The notes under the pieces are model-generated. The model was not told the origin of the DNA. It saw only the letters and a list, made by a program, of their open reading frames with translations, and ran no database searches. A stretch of 64,000 nt of DNA from Adineta vaga (taxonomy: Eukaryota > Animalia > Rotifera): the NCBI GenBank assembly GCA_021613535.1, contig CP075497.1:124001-188000 (forward strand). The letters are read 5' to 3'. Positions 27,180 through 40,900 of the stretch are shown here, piece after piece. A program made the translations under genes and the position numbers. Each line of letters begins with the position of its first letter. The first letter of the stretch is position 1.

Positions 27180-27471
27180 AGTAGTTGAAAATGGCGATTG
27201 TGAGCGAAGCAAAATAAATTCTATTTATGGTCGAATGATCCAAACGTGTTGACCTCTTTCTATGTTTTGATTAGGTCAAAATATATCAAAATATTGCTAT
27301 CGATTGAATGTCATCTTTATCTTCAAAATTCACTGATTTTCTAAGTGCACTATAACATTATACAGAGTTTGCCTATGATTTAAAATATTTTTTACACAAC
27401 AAACGATTAAATCTACAGTTTTTATTGATACTATTGAACAACAATCACTAATCAGTCATCAATTTGAACAT

Positions 27472-28750
27472 ATGACTCGATTTGAAGATCGATCCGATGA
27501 ACTTCTTCTTATACTATTTATCGTTATTTAACACCAATAAAAATACTCAATGCTTTTTTCGATTGTAATAGTCATATGTTTCGTTGTATATCGGATTATT
27601 ATACACACATAAATTTAACAAGCTACTCTTATTCTGATTTACAAACGTCTTAAACCATCGGTATTAACATTAAGTAATTCAATGCTCGATTGTATAAATA
27701 ACAATATACTATCATTACATTGCACTCTTGCTAATTTTTCTCGGTTAAAATCATTAGATATTATCAATCGTGCCTCAGATAATGAGAAGTTATTTGGCAA
27801 TACGTGCAGAAATTGTTTTCGTAATTAGATTTTTGATTCAACACACAATCCATACGTGACTACAATTGAAGTAATAGTCAACATTGATATCATTCTAAAT
27901 AAACAAATCGTTCCAAACGAACGTCTGACACGCTTAACTTTTTCGCTGAAGACAATCGATGATTTGTTATAGTTCTTCCTTGATGTTCGTATTTCTATTC
28001 TCTCATTGTTTGTAAAAAAATTGGATTGGTAATGATGACAATCAATTTCCATCATCAGGCAATATCAAATCGAAACAATCATCAACGAGTATCTTCCTTA
28101 TCTTCACTGCTTCTCTTGCAGTATTCATAAGACATGTGATATTAATATGAAAGTAAGATTCATTTACCTAATGTAATTTTCATAGAATTTTGTTCTCTTT
28201 TAAGACTTTTCTTCGGCTCAATCATCAGTGGCCTATGCTATAGGAAATAAATTCTGAAAGTTCAACTGTATATTTGTACACAATTTCACGCCAATCTAAT
28301 CCATACAATACATCGTATTCAGACAACAATACTATTAACAAATTGTATTCCCTATTACTTCTTAATCTTATTCTTGATACACATCATGCTAATCTATCTG
28401 AATGTATTTCCAATATAAACACAATTCTGTTTTAATCAAAAGATTTTTGTCGACGTCGTACATTGACAACGATGAACATTGAAGAACTTTCTTGTTTGAC
28501 ACAAAGTATTCATTCAGTAAAATTGATAGAAAACAATGATATTATGACATTTTTGAATATTTATTCGAACGTAAATCACTTGATTATTACAGATATTAAA
28601 ATCAATTCTTTGGCAATAGTTCTAAATCTTGTTGAATCTTTTCCAAATCTTCGCTCGCTTAACGTTTGATTTTGAATGAATAACGATTATTTTGATTGTC
28701 TTGATGTGATTCTTAACGGGCAACATTTGCCACATCTTATAACGAATGTA
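27472..28750 (+). pseudogene. F-box/LRR-like pseudogene
   Basis: MTRFEDRSDELLLILF start, followed by multiple frameshifted LRR-like fragments (e.g. ESFPNLRSLNV). Confidence 0.55.
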
Positions 28751-29655
28751 TTATTTGATTTTGATCAAAATAATTCTAAAATCTAAACTTGATAAACTAT
28801 AGACATTATTGACTTTTGTTTTCAAGAATAATCTTATTCTCTGTATACTTCTATTTGTAATAATATTTCCTATATAAAACGATTCGCTAAGATCATAAGA
28901 GAAGAGAATAGGATAAATAGCATTGTTGACAAGAAAATTTGTATTTCATCTTTCATAATCATTTTTGGGGTCTGAGGGTGACGGGATATGCATATCCTTA
29001 GGAAGATACATCATCGCCCTTAGGAGATGAGGGTATAGATGTGTGAGAAGGAGTATGACACTCATTATTCACTATATATATATAGTTATATTTAAACGTT
29101 CATTCAATAGGACACGTCTATATAAAGTGAACATGTTTTGAACAGTTCCGTTGGTGTTCACTATAGAGGAAGGTTGACAAATAAAACATAACTTTTTCAT
29201 CGTATATAATTAAATCATCTGGTTATTCTGAATTTGTCTATAGTAAATATTTGTTTAAGAACTGTAGGATATTCGAAAAGTTATAATTAATATTGACGAT
29301 CATTCAATATAATTATCTTTATTGAAAAACAAATATTATGAAAGAATCTTTTTGTTAAATTTAAGTGTGTTTAATTGATTATTAATATTTATTAAATAAA
29401 TAGAGATATACTTAATGTCAACATTTTCTTATTAAAATATTTGTTTATATATAAAAAAAGAAGAAAAATCTTTTAAAATAACAAAAAACAAAATGTCAAA
29501 TTTATTTTATGAAATAATCAATGTTTTATTTGTGCTATCATTAGTTTATAACAATATTATTATATATTAATAAATATATTATAATCGTAATCAAGATCGA
29601 TCAATTTCAAATTTATTAATATGTAATTCACGTATTCCATTATTTTTTCAAGTCT

Positions 29656-29707
29656 TGAGGGTGTGGGTGTGGGTGTTCAAACTCACCCACACCCACACCC
29701 ACCCTCA
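29656..29707. repeat. Telomere-like inverted motif, best-preserved copy
   Basis: TGAGGGTGTGGGTGTGGGTG-ttcaaact-CACCCACACCCACACCCACCCTCA. Confidence 0.92.
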
Positions 29708-29930
29708 TTTATGTAGAAAAAAAGTAAATCAAAAAAATTTTGTTTCTAAATTGATTCCATAGTTCAATGAAGCACATCATACTTATTTTCTGTGTTATTA
29801 AAAAGATTTTCTCTTATATATAATTTATGTGCTTCAATTAATCTAAAAAGTATCATTTCGCTCTGATAGTTCTTTCATTTTTTAGTAGATCTACATAGAT
29901 ATTTTTCTGTTTTCTTTTCATTATATCACC

Positions 29931-30851
29931 ATGGATGATTTAGAAACAACAATTTTAATCTCATCAATATTTGCAATTCTTTGTATAATGATTAATTTAT
30001 TTATTTTGATATTAATTTATCGAACAAAACCCCGTTTACATACAATTAATCATTTACTTATTTCTAATACATCATTTATATCAATATTTTATTCAATTAT
30101 GTTTCTAATTGATTATATTTATATGATTTTTATTAATTCTGATACAAGTCATTTGACGTGTCGATTTCGTTCTTATTTTACATATGTTTCAATTGGAGAA
30201 TTAATGCATTCAATTATGATTCAAGCTATATCACGTTTCTTTTTTGTAATTTTATCAACAAAATATCGATGGTTAACAACAATTCAAACACATTATATTT
30301 TAATTTCAATTCAATGGTTAATTGTTTTATTTCTAACATTACCTATTCTAATATTTGATACAGCTCGTTTTTATCCAAGAAGTTTCTGTTGGATAATACC
30401 AGAATATAATAATATTGATCTTTATCTCTTTATAATTAATTTTATTTTACCATTTTTAACGGTTATTTTTATTTATTTCTATATTCTCAATCGAGTTCAT
30501 AAAATAAAACGAAATCAAATAATAATGAGTAATTCAATTCAACATCAAAAACGAGATTTAATAATTCTTCGAAATACAATGATTTTAATTAGTATTGGTC
30601 TTATGGCTTCAATACCAAATATAATATTATCAATTCATTACTATGATATAATTTACTCTATACATCTTGTTTGTTTAACATTTTCAGTTACACTTGTAGC
30701 ATTATGTAATGTGTTATTAGATCGAGAAATACGACAAACTATTCAAAATTATTTTCAACGTCAAACAATACAAGTAACACGTATACAAATTATAAATGTA
30801 AAAGAGAGAGAAATGCAAATATTTTCAAAACGAACAAATAATCATTCATGA
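29931..30851 (+). CDS. Class A (rhodopsin-like) 7TM GPCR, intronless, 306 aa
   Basis: Seven hydrophobic segments, TM3 CRFRSY...QAISRFF (DRY equivalent), ECL2 cysteine (SFCW), TM5 ILP. Confidence 0.88.
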   Translation: MDDLETTILISSIFAILCIMINLFILILIYRTKPRLHTINHLLISNTSFISIFYSIMFLIDYIYMIFINSDTSHLTCRFRSYFTYVSIGELMHSIMIQAISRFFFVILSTKYRWLTTIQTHYILISIQWLIVLFLTLPILIFDTARFYPRSFCWIIPEYNNIDLYLFIINFILPFLTVIFIYFYILNRVHKIKRNQIIMSNSIQHQKRDLIILRNTMILISIGLMASIPNIILSIHYYDIIYSIHLVCLTFSVTLVALCNVLLDREIRQTIQNYFQRQTIQVTRIQIINVKEREMQIFSKRTNNHS

Positions 30852-32272
30852 AAAATTAAATCCGTATATTCGCACGCTCATCCTGAACAACAGTCGATCG
30901 AAGTACTATCGCTATAATCTGTTTTTTTTTCATTACAGTACAAAATATTTTGAACTATTTATATTTTTTTGATGTCTTACTGTCTCTTTCTCTCATAAAA
31001 TTCTTCGCAGTATCGTCATATTTCCTCTTTATTGGTTTTTTCTCGTTCTATCTACATATTATATTGTACTTGCTTTTCTTTTGATCACACATAAAATAAT
31101 AGAATCAACAAAAGTATTTTTTACATCAATTTTTTATTGATAGATGGATGATTTTGGAACAGTCAAAAGAAAAAAACAGCTAATTAAAGCTAAGTTATCG
31201 GTAAACAAGTTTACCCATTAAAAACACCTTGGTATAAAAATCCTGGACCTACGATGCTGACACAATGAGTATAAGTTATACAGTTGGTCTCAACAAGTCC
31301 TTTTGACGTATCTACTAACGTCGAATTACTAATAAATTCACTGTGCAGAACGATCGGTATTGAATACGAAAAAGAGACAGAAACTATGCATTATACGTAT
31401 ATTGTGGAATTATCTTGGGGGTGCAAGGCTATATGTGTAAGTATCTCGTCACGTTCCACCCCCATCTACATCCCAACCTCACCCAAGATTATAGTGAATC
31501 ACTCTTATGTTCGTGTTGAATAATTATAATACCTTAAGCACGTACGTACAATCACAGTTGTATTACTAGTATAACTGCGATTTAATTCAGGATTACATAC
31601 ATGTTTCTTAACTATTGATTTACCTACCTATTCATCAAATGGAATTATAATGAAAGAATTAGAGAATAGGATCAATCAATGTAAAAAACATATAATCGAA
31701 CGAATCAATATCGATTAAATGATTTATCGACCAATACTAGTGATCAGACTTGGAACCGGATCGGCCATTCTTCAGCAGTTTTTTACCGGTCTTCTTTTAG
31801 CTTTAAAAAATTTATTAAAATACTGAAACTTGTCTATTTTCCTCATTTCTAACGGTTTTCATAATCTCAACCATCAAGGGAAATGATCCTGGAAGTTTAC
31901 AGGTGATAAATTCCCACTCATTATCGAACTTCGAGTTCTGTACATCCACCAACACTTTCCTATCCTAGGATGAGAGTTGCGGAGAATGTCTGATGAATTT
32001 TCTATGCTTGAGGAAAACTGACGAGATGTTAGAAATTAATATTGCTGAGGACTATAGATTTTTCACTTCCAGATTTTGAACTCATTTTTCTCGACTAATT
32101 TTAGTCAAATCTCATAGAATCAGAATAGCTGGTCGTTTTCAGACTATACTTTCGTACCAAAATATCAGAGATGATTATCTTTTGTTGCAGAGAGCTTGTT
32201 AACAACTGTAGCTCACCTTATCATTCTGTTTGTATGGTACCGTAATTTTTGTAGATTGTGATGTCTTTCAGC

Positions 32273-32323
32273 TGAGGGTGTGGGTGTGGGTGAAGAAGAC
32301 AGATCCACACCCACACCCACCCT
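32273..32323. repeat. Telomere-like inverted motif copy
   Basis: TGAGGGTGTGGGTGTGGGTG-aagaagacagat-CCACACCCACACCCACCCT. Confidence 0.9.
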
Positions 32324-32451
32324 TCCGCGTTCTCTCTCTAGAATGTGTTTGGTAATTAAAAGTAAAGATTATATCATTAAAAAACATGTATACAGAAAGA
32401 AAAATGAATCTATAGCTATAGTAATAAAATAATACAATCATTGATACATTA

Positions 32452-35400
32452 TTAACAGAGATTTAAAAGAATTTTTATATTATTTGTACCATAAGTTGTG
32501 ACAACTATATCATTCCAACCATCATTATTCAAATCTTTAAAGACAATCCATCGTGGTCGAGAATCATATTCCATTGGATACCATGTTTGATTAGTAAAAG
32601 TTCCATTACCTAAACCGATGAGTATACATACATTATTTGTACCAAAATTCGCTACTACGATATCTATTTGATTGTCTCTATTAAAATGACCTGCAGCAAC
32701 GGATACTGGTTGAGAACTAGCTCCCATCGAATAAGTTATCAAAGTGAAAAAACTTCCATCACCATATCCAATAAGTATAACAATGTTATCACTCTCAGTA
32801 TTTACGACTACAATATCTGTCACAGAGTCATTATTAAAATCGCCGACAGCTAATGACAATGGATAAGAACTATCAATCGAATATGTTTTAACATTTGAAA
32901 ACATTCTACCACCATATCCAAGCATTATGCCTATATTGTTGGTACCAGAATTGGCGATAGCAATATCCAGTTGACTGTCATTATTAAAATGACCAACCAC
33001 TACTGCAGAAGGATTAGAGCCTTCACCAACAAAGAATTTGGTTTGTCCTCCAAAAGGCTTAGTGCCAGATGCAAGAAATACGGCCATATTTTGATTGGCA
33101 TTATTCGTGATAGTAAAATCCAAGTGTTTATCGTTGTTAAAATCACCAATTGCAACACCATATACACGAGAAAGTTCTTCAATGGGTAGTATCGACATAC
33201 TGGCAAATGTTCCATCACTATAACCATAGAAGATACCTACACTATTCCTATTTTCATCAGTAGTAATAATATCCAACCAACTATCATTATTGAAGTCACT
33301 GATCTGCACATGTGTTGGATTAGAACCAATACCCGTTGAATATGTCTGTAAATTTCCAAAACTACCATTACCGTATCCAAAGGCTACACCAATATTACTT
33401 TGGCCGTAATTTGCGCTGGCAACATCTAATTGTCCATCTTTGTTGAAGTCGCCAGTGATGGCATACCATGGAGAAGAACCAAGACCAACAAAAGAAATGA
33501 TTTGTTTTGTAAAACTACCATTACCATATCCAAGAAATACACTGACACTATCAAGTCCTCCACAGGCGCTTATTATATCTAAATGTGTATCATTATTGAT
33601 ATCGATCACATTGACCGAATATGGACGAGAACCTGCTCCAGTTGAAAGTGTTGTTAATTTTTGAAAGGTTCCATTTTCATTTCCAAAAAACACATCTATA
33701 TTATTTGAACCATAGTTTGCTACGCTAATATCCAAACATTTGTCATTGTTAAAATCAGCAATGGCAACTGATAATGGCCGATTATTAGTTGAATACAATA
33801 CGGGCTTTGCAAAAGTTCCATTTCCATATCCAAATACTACACTTATACAATTAGCACCCCAATTTGCTACTGCAATATCTAATTGACCATCTTTATTCAA
33901 ATCACCAACAGCAATCGACCAAGGACGTCCAGCAGGTACGTATCCATATGTTATCATTGTTCCAAAACTACCGTTACCATATCCGAGAAAAACACCGACA
34001 TTGTTTGTATTATAAAGTCCACATATAATATCTAAGTAACCATCATTATTAAAGTCATTAATAACTACTGAATATGGACCTGTTGCATCTCCAGTTTCAT
34101 ATGGCTTTTGTTTTGTAAAAGATATGTAATTAAATCCAAAAAATATACCGATAGAATCTGTTTCTTTATTTGCAACAATAAGATCCAAATATTCATCATC
34201 ATTCAAATTACCAGTTGCAAAAGCGCTTGGATTTGATGCATGGCCAGTAGAATATGTTAGTTTTGTAAAATTATCATTGTCATTTCTTAAAAGTAGAATA
34301 ATACTGTCATCATTTGAATTGGTAACAGCAACATCCGATTGATTATCATTATTGAAATCATCAACAATAACAATTTCTGGATTAGAGTTAATCCCAATTG
34401 GATAAATTATTTCAGTGGCAAAACTTCCATTACCATATCCAAGAAATATTCCAACATTTTGATTTCCTGAATTAGCAACAATCATATCGATTTGTGTATC
34501 ATTATTAAAATAACCAATATCAATTGCATATGGTTGAGAACTAGAGCCAGTTAAATAGGTCGTTTGATTAAGAAAATCCACATCATAATCTCCTAATAAT
34601 ATAGGTACGGGATTAGTGATCGTATTTGCAGAATCTTCAGTAGAATGTCCAAGTAATATACTAATATCACTAGTGCCAAAATTAGTTACCGCAATATCTA
34701 ATCTATTATCTTTATTAAAATCACCAGCGATAATTGCACATGGTTGTGAATTGACACCAGTTGAACATGTTGTTTGACTACCAAAATTTCCTTGCTCATT
34801 TCCAAGCAATATAATTATATTCTGTATATTAGAATTGGCAACAGCAAGATCCAGAATAGAATCATTATTGAAATCGGCAACATACACCCAATATGGAACA
34901 GAATATGGACCTGTTGAATGTATTTGTTGAATGGTGAAACTACCATTATTGAATCCAAAAAATATTCCTATATTGTTAGTACCAGAATTAACGACAATAA
35001 TATCTAAGTGATTATCTTTATTTATATCAATAATCGTAAGCATATATGGAACAGATCCTGTTCCTGTTGAATAAGTAATTGAATACGTAAAAGTACCATC
35101 AATTGATCCCCAACGAATAATTATATTGTCACTAGCATAATTTGCAGCAGCAATATCAATATATCCATCATTATTGAGATCCCCACAAGCTAAACTAAAT
35201 GTACGCGAAGCATCCACAGATGAATATCTTGTTACATTTCCGAAAGTCCTATTTCCATAACCAAGAAAAATACTTATATGACTACTACCATAATCAGCAA
35301 TAGCAATATCGAGATGGTTATCATTATTGAAATTCTCCACAAGAATGCATCTGAGCGCTGACAAGTCTCCAGTGAATAAGGCGACTACTTGCTCAAAAGT

Positions 35401-36897
35401 TCCATTACCATATCCATATAGAATTCCAAGAGTTTCGTATTTAGAGTTACCGACAAGAACATCTAGTCGACCATCATTATCTATATCACTTGAGGTAAGG
35501 GCATACGGAGTACCACGATATCCACTTGAATATGATACATATTCTTGAAAACTTCCATTTCCATATCCAAGAAGTACACTAATACTGCTAGTACCAGAGT
35601 TGACAGTTATCAGATCAAGATAAGTGTCGTTATTAAAATCTCCACTGACGATTTGAACAGGAAGTGAATCATTTCCAGTTGAATATGTTTTTGGACTTTT
35701 TGCTGGTATCATACTATATCCGATAAGTACAAGTATATTATTTACATCAAAATTAGTAATAGCTATATCCGTTTGATTGTCATGGTTAAAATCACCAGCA
35801 GTCATTCCAAATGGACCTGAATTACTGCCAGTTGAATGTATTGTAGGTGTTGAAAAACTTCCATTACCATATCCCTTGAGTACAGCTATATTATCTCTAT
35901 AATTAGAAGCAGCGATATCCAATTGATTATCTCCATTGAAATCGCCAACAATAATCATATGTGGAGAAGATGATGGATATATCGAATATAATGTTTGTAA
36001 TGCAAAACTTCCATTACCATAACCAAGAAATATACCAATATTGTTTGTTCCAAAATTGGCCACAACAATATCTAAATAGTTATCATTATTAACATCATGA
36101 ATAGCAATTGAATAAGGATTAGATCGTAGACCGGTTGAGTAAGTTATTTGTATGGTAAAATTACCATCTCCATATCCAAGAAATATGCCTATATTATCAG
36201 TACCATAATTAGCTATAGCAATATCTAAATAATGATCATTGTTCAAATCAACAACAACTACAGAATAAGAAAATGAGTCATAACCAGTAGTGTATGTTAT
36301 GTGATGTCTAAAAGTTCCATTACCATATCCGAAATATAAACTTATATCATTAGTACCATTATTAGTTACAACAATATCTAAACAATGATCGTTATTAAAG
36401 TCACCGGTAGCTATCGACACAGGACGAGAAACGCCAGTAGAGAATGTTATTTGATTTTGAAAAGATCCATTATTGTAACCAAGAAATATACCTATATTGT
36501 GAGTATTATAATTGGTAACAGCAATATCTAAGTAAGTATCATGGTTAAAATCACCTAAAATGACGGAAAGTGGTATAGAATTATCTCCTGTTGTAAATAT
36601 CATTTGTTTTTTAAAAGTTCCATTGCCATAATTAAGAAATACTCCAATATTATTTGTTCCTGAATTGATAACAACAATATCCAACCATTGATCATCATTG
36701 AGATCACCAGTAGTTATCGAACGTGGATGTGACTTTTGTTGAAATGAATTGTTACTTATCACGGATTTAAATTTTGATTCGCATGAATTATCTAAAGAAA
36801 ATTGAAAAAAAATACTAAAACTATATTGAATATCTACATACGTAAATGTGGTGTAGTTAAACACACTATCATAATAGCAATAATCATTACTAAACAT
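32452..36897 (-). CDS. Large FG-GAP/VCBS-repeat beta-propeller protein
   Basis: More than 20 repeats of GDFNNDxxLDIxVxNxGxxNIGIFLGYGNGxF in one 1481-codon ORF; the true 5' end probably involves an acceptor near 36793 and is uncertain. Confidence 0.92.
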   Translation of the reverse strand: MFSNDYCYYDSVFNYTTFTYVDIQYSFSIFFQFSLDNSCESKFKSVISNNSFQQKSHPRSITTGDLNDDQWLDIVVINSGTNNIGVFLNYGNGTFKKQMIFTTGDNSIPLSVILGDFNHDTYLDIAVTNYNTHNIGIFLGYNNGSFQNQITFSTGVSRPVSIATGDFNNDHCLDIVVTNNGTNDISLYFGYGNGTFRHHITYTTGYDSFSYSVVVVDLNNDHYLDIAIANYGTDNIGIFLGYGDGNFTIQITYSTGLRSNPYSIAIHDVNNDNYLDIVVANFGTNNIGIFLGYGNGSFALQTLYSIYPSSSPHMIIVGDFNGDNQLDIAASNYRDNIAVLKGYGNGSFSTPTIHSTGSNSGPFGMTAGDFNHDNQTDIAITNFDVNNILVLIGYSMIPAKSPKTYSTGNDSLPVQIVSGDFNNDTYLDLITVNSGTSSISVLLGYGNGSFQEYVSYSSGYRGTPYALTSSDIDNDGRLDVLVGNSKYETLGILYGYGNGTFEQVVALFTGDLSALRCILVENFNNDNHLDIAIADYGSSHISIFLGYGNRTFGNVTRYSSVDASRTFSLACGDLNNDGYIDIAAANYASDNIIIRWGSIDGTFTYSITYSTGTGSVPYMLTIIDINKDNHLDIIVVNSGTNNIGIFFGFNNGSFTIQQIHSTGPYSVPYWVYVADFNNDSILDLAVANSNIQNIIILLGNEQGNFGSQTTCSTGVNSQPCAIIAGDFNKDNRLDIAVTNFGTSDISILLGHSTEDSANTITNPVPILLGDYDVDFLNQTTYLTGSSSQPYAIDIGYFNNDTQIDMIVANSGNQNVGIFLGYGNGSFATEIIYPIGINSNPEIVIVDDFNNDNQSDVAVTNSNDDSIILLLRNDNDNFTKLTYSTGHASNPSAFATGNLNDDEYLDLIVANKETDSIGIFFGFNYISFTKQKPYETGDATGPYSVVINDFNNDGYLDIICGLYNTNNVGVFLGYGNGSFGTMITYGYVPAGRPWSIAVGDLNKDGQLDIAVANWGANCISVVFGYGNGTFAKPVLYSTNNRPLSVAIADFNNDKCLDISVANYGSNNIDVFFGNENGTFQKLTTLSTGAGSRPYSVNVIDINNDTHLDIISACGGLDSVSVFLGYGNGSFTKQIISFVGLGSSPWYAITGDFNKDGQLDVASANYGQSNIGVAFGYGNGSFGNLQTYSTGIGSNPTHVQISDFNNDSWLDIITTDENRNSVGIFYGYSDGTFASMSILPIEELSRVYGVAIGDFNNDKHLDFTITNNANQNMAVFLASGTKPFGGQTKFFVGEGSNPSAVVVGHFNNDSQLDIAIANSGTNNIGIMLGYGGRMFSNVKTYSIDSSYPLSLAVGDFNNDSVTDIVVVNTESDNIVILIGYGDGSFFTLITYSMGASSQPVSVAAGHFNRDNQIDIVVANFGTNNVCILIGLGNGTFTNQTWYPMEYDSRPRWIVFKDLNNDGWNDIVVTTYGTNNIKILLNLC

Positions 36898-37968
36898 GTG
36901 AATAAAACAGATACAAAAATAATATTGTATCTTCGTCTTTTATCGTTTAATTCAATGTTTGACCTAACAAAAGAAATTGTGAATTAAATGTCTATTAAAT
37001 TTAATAAATCAAACCTTTCCAGCGGACGTTCTTGTAGAGCTTCACGTGTATCTGATAGGTTTATGCAGACCATTGGAATTACTTCCATCTACAATAAATA
37101 AAACAATGGAGACAAAATTGGCAGACACACACGTTTATGCGCATTGTCTAAGCATTTTTTCCCTAGCCATCGGTCACTAAGTATAATTAATTATCTATAC
37201 TTACGATAGAAATTGCTTTTATTTATGTGCGTGGCAAGCTACTTTGTATTGTTGCACGCAATAAGCATAAATTTTTTTCAAAGTAATGTTAATCAACGAA
37301 CCATGAAATTATATTTACATGGTAATACGTCAAGTAAAAACGGTTATTCGTTATGTATATGTTTCTTGATATTCTCTGTCAGAAATAAGAAGAAAAAAAA
37401 CGTAAATATGCAACGTAGGTGGTTGACGATGTAAATGAAAATAATTAATGCGTCATTTATAACGAAAGATTGAACATATATACATTGAGAACAAAATAAC
37501 AAAAGAAAGTGTACATACACGGAAGAATAAAGAGATTTTAATCATGAAACAACGTCTTTTACGGTATATTAAATGTTGATAGTTACTCACAATATTCTCG
37601 TTATTTTTACTTCATCGGTTTGTTCCAATTGCAAATAATGTACATGTCCGCTTAAGATCCTGTCTATTGATTATTTGTACAGTAAAGACTCGATCAAAAC
37701 GATCGAATTCAATAATATCTATTCTTTTTTTTTCAACAAATAGAATATTGCATGAAAAATTCTTTCTCACGTTCTGTATGTTCATTAAAAAAAACGCAAC
37801 TATTATATTAAATACTTCATCATTATTGAGGGCTGAACCATGGTTCGCACAAACAAAATGTCAATAGTATATACAAAATGTAAGCTAGACATTTTGATTT
37901 AACCTACTTTTTTTTGTTTGTTTAGTGAGTTGAAGGTACATATTACACAATTGATTCTATTTTGAAAG

Positions 37969-40900
37969 ATGATGCCATTGACTTATATGGACGCGTTACG
38001 TGGCCGCTATCAACAATTACCAAATGTTCGATCGAAAGTTGTTCGAATTTTTCTTAGTTCAACATTTTCAGGTTAGAATATTTACATAAATTCCTATTTT
38101 TAAAATCTCAATTATGATTATATAGACACTCTAACTGAACGAGATTCATTAATTGAAAATGTTTTTCCAAAATTAAAAACTTATTGTCGTGAAAAATATG
38201 GTTTAGAATTTCAAGTTTGTATTTTAAACTTTTATTTTCAATTAATAATTTATTTAGCAATGCTAGTATGTTGACATGCGATGGGGAATTCCAACAGAAT
38301 CAGGTGATAATCACAGTGAAGTCGAAACATGTCTTAAAGAAATCAAATTATGTCAAAAATACTCTGTGGCTACTAATTTTGTGGTGAAAAGATTTCTTTT
38401 TTTATTCATTCATTAAAATTTTTGCAATAGGTTCTATTAGGTCATCGTTATGGTTCACGGCCAACACCAGCCACTATTAATGCATCACTTTTCGAACAAC
38501 TTTATAAAATTATTTGTTCAGATATCAATGAAAATGATGATGATGATCAATTACTTTCTCAATGGTATCAACTCGATACAAATCAAATTCCTGCTGCTTA
38601 TATACTTCGTCCGATTTCATCAATCTTACCTAATATTCTGTCTACGGTAAAAAAAACATATAATGATGAATTTAGAGAAAACATTTTTTTTTTAAATTTT
38701 ATTTAGGATAGAAATGAAGTAAAACAAGCAGAAAAAGAATGGAAAAAAAAATCAATAATCGCATTCGAACACGATTACGACAAGCAGCTACAAAATGTTT
38801 AGAACAACAACAAATTCAAAAAGATGAATATATTGAATTACAATATTCCAATGATGGTATATCAATGATCGATAATGAAGTTGAAAAATTACTTAATAAT
38901 TTAAAATATTCACGTATTCCAAATGTATTACAATCAGAAAATATTTACAAATATAAAATTCCTTGGTCATCAAAAGGTATTAATCGAGATGATCATGCTG
39001 AACATATATTACAATTTAATAAGGATTTTTATAATGCAATTCAACAACAAATTGATCAATGTATTCAATCACGTGTTATACCCATGTTTGATCCATTATA
39101 TCATAAAATAATAGAACATGCCATACAATGTAAAACAATGATTTCTTGGGTAAATTAAGAGAAAAAGAACCAAAGAAATTTTTGAATAAACATTATATTA
39201 TTGTGTTGTAGAACAACGCCATCATCATCAACAACGTATAAAATTCTTTTATCAATATCTGAACAAATTTGTCGTTTATATAATATATCAATGGAGAATT
39301 ATTCTAATGTATCACAATTACGATATCAATTAGAAAGAGATCTATTCGAAAAAATTCCTTCAAATGAATATCTTGTTATATTATTTGATTCAATTGATCA
39401 ATTATCATCATCAGATGCATATGATTGTAAATGGTTACCAATAAATTATCCAAAGAATATTAAATGTATTATCTCATCATGGAAATATTTTATCAAATTT
39501 AAAAATAATTTTAAATCAAAATTTAAATTTATTTCTATTTGTATCACCATTTGATGCTGTAACAGTTGAATTGATTTATAATGATTGGCTTAAAATAAAA
39601 CAACGTTCATTAAGTAATGAACAATATTTATTTATTTTAAATTTATTAAATAATCGATCAGAAATTCTTCCTTTATTTATGAAACTTATATTTGATATTA
39701 TTTTAACTTGGCATTCTTATGATATAATTGATGAAAATTTTAAAAAATTACAAACTATTGATGATTGTATTCTTTATCTTTTGAATCGTTTAAAATTAAT
39801 TCATGGAAATTTATTAGTTTCTCGTTCATTATGTTATCTGACAGCGTCAAAAAATGGACTTAGTCAAAATGAACTTGAAGATGTTCTTTCATTGGATGAT
39901 GAAGTTCTACAAAGTATTTTTCAACATTATATACCACCTGTTAAACGTTTACCTGGCATATTGTGGACGAGAATTCGAAATGATTTAGATGAATATCTTA
40001 CAGAAAAAGAAGTTGACGATATATCGGTCATTTATTGGTAAGTGTGATGATTATTTGTGTGATAGTTTTTAAAATTATTAGAAAACAAAAATGGATCCAC
40101 GCGCGCAAGAATCGGACACGGAAACGGCCGATTTCGAATATTTTTTCGCGATTTCTAATGCGAAAGTATAGTTATCCTAAAGCTTTTCCCCTGGAATGAT
40201 TGAGCTATAAAAAATCTGTAGGGTCTGTTTAACTGATGGATAGCATTGTCCAGTTGAATGATAGACTTGATTTAAATCTCTAAATAGGTATCATCGTCGA
40301 TTCATTGAAATAGCAATGAAAGAATATGTATCAACATTGACTGAGAAACAAAAAACAAATCTTTTTCGTAATATGGTTGATTTATATAATGAAACATGGA
40401 GTGGAAAAACAAAACTATTAAAACTCCATGATGAAAATTTAATTAAAAAATATAATTTAACTGATGTTAATGGAGAAGTTCAAGCAAATCGTTTCATAAG
40501 TTTTCAACCAATTGAATTCGTTGATGAAAATGGTCAAACTCAATTTAATAAACGAAAATTAACTGGATTACCACATTTCTTAAGTAAACTCGAAGCCAAT
40601 GTCGCAATTCCAATAGCTGCAGAGCGAATATTTTTTGATTATTCATTTATGCGTAATTGATTTTATTTCTATCAAAAAAACAATCATAATCTTCATTTGT
40701 TTTTTAGGTGCAAAACTCTTCTGTTCATCGTTTGATAATATCAATGAAGATTTAAAAGACATTGATGGATTATCGACATATGGACTTGGAAAAAAAATTA
40801 TTGCAATCAAAGAGGAAATTTCGATACATTCAATGGTTTATTTAGTAACTGGAAGTTTACTTGAAAAATATCCGGAAAATTATAATTTTGAAATCTCATC

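Noticed and set aside
29656-32323. Inverted motifs as CRISPR repeats or bacterial attC sites
   Set aside because: No regular repeat-spacer period, no cas or integrase gene, no RYYYAAC/GTTRRRY cores; eukaryotic context.
32668-35548. Short ORFs overlapping the FG-GAP gene
   Set aside because: Antisense or alternate-frame shadows of a repetitive CDS.
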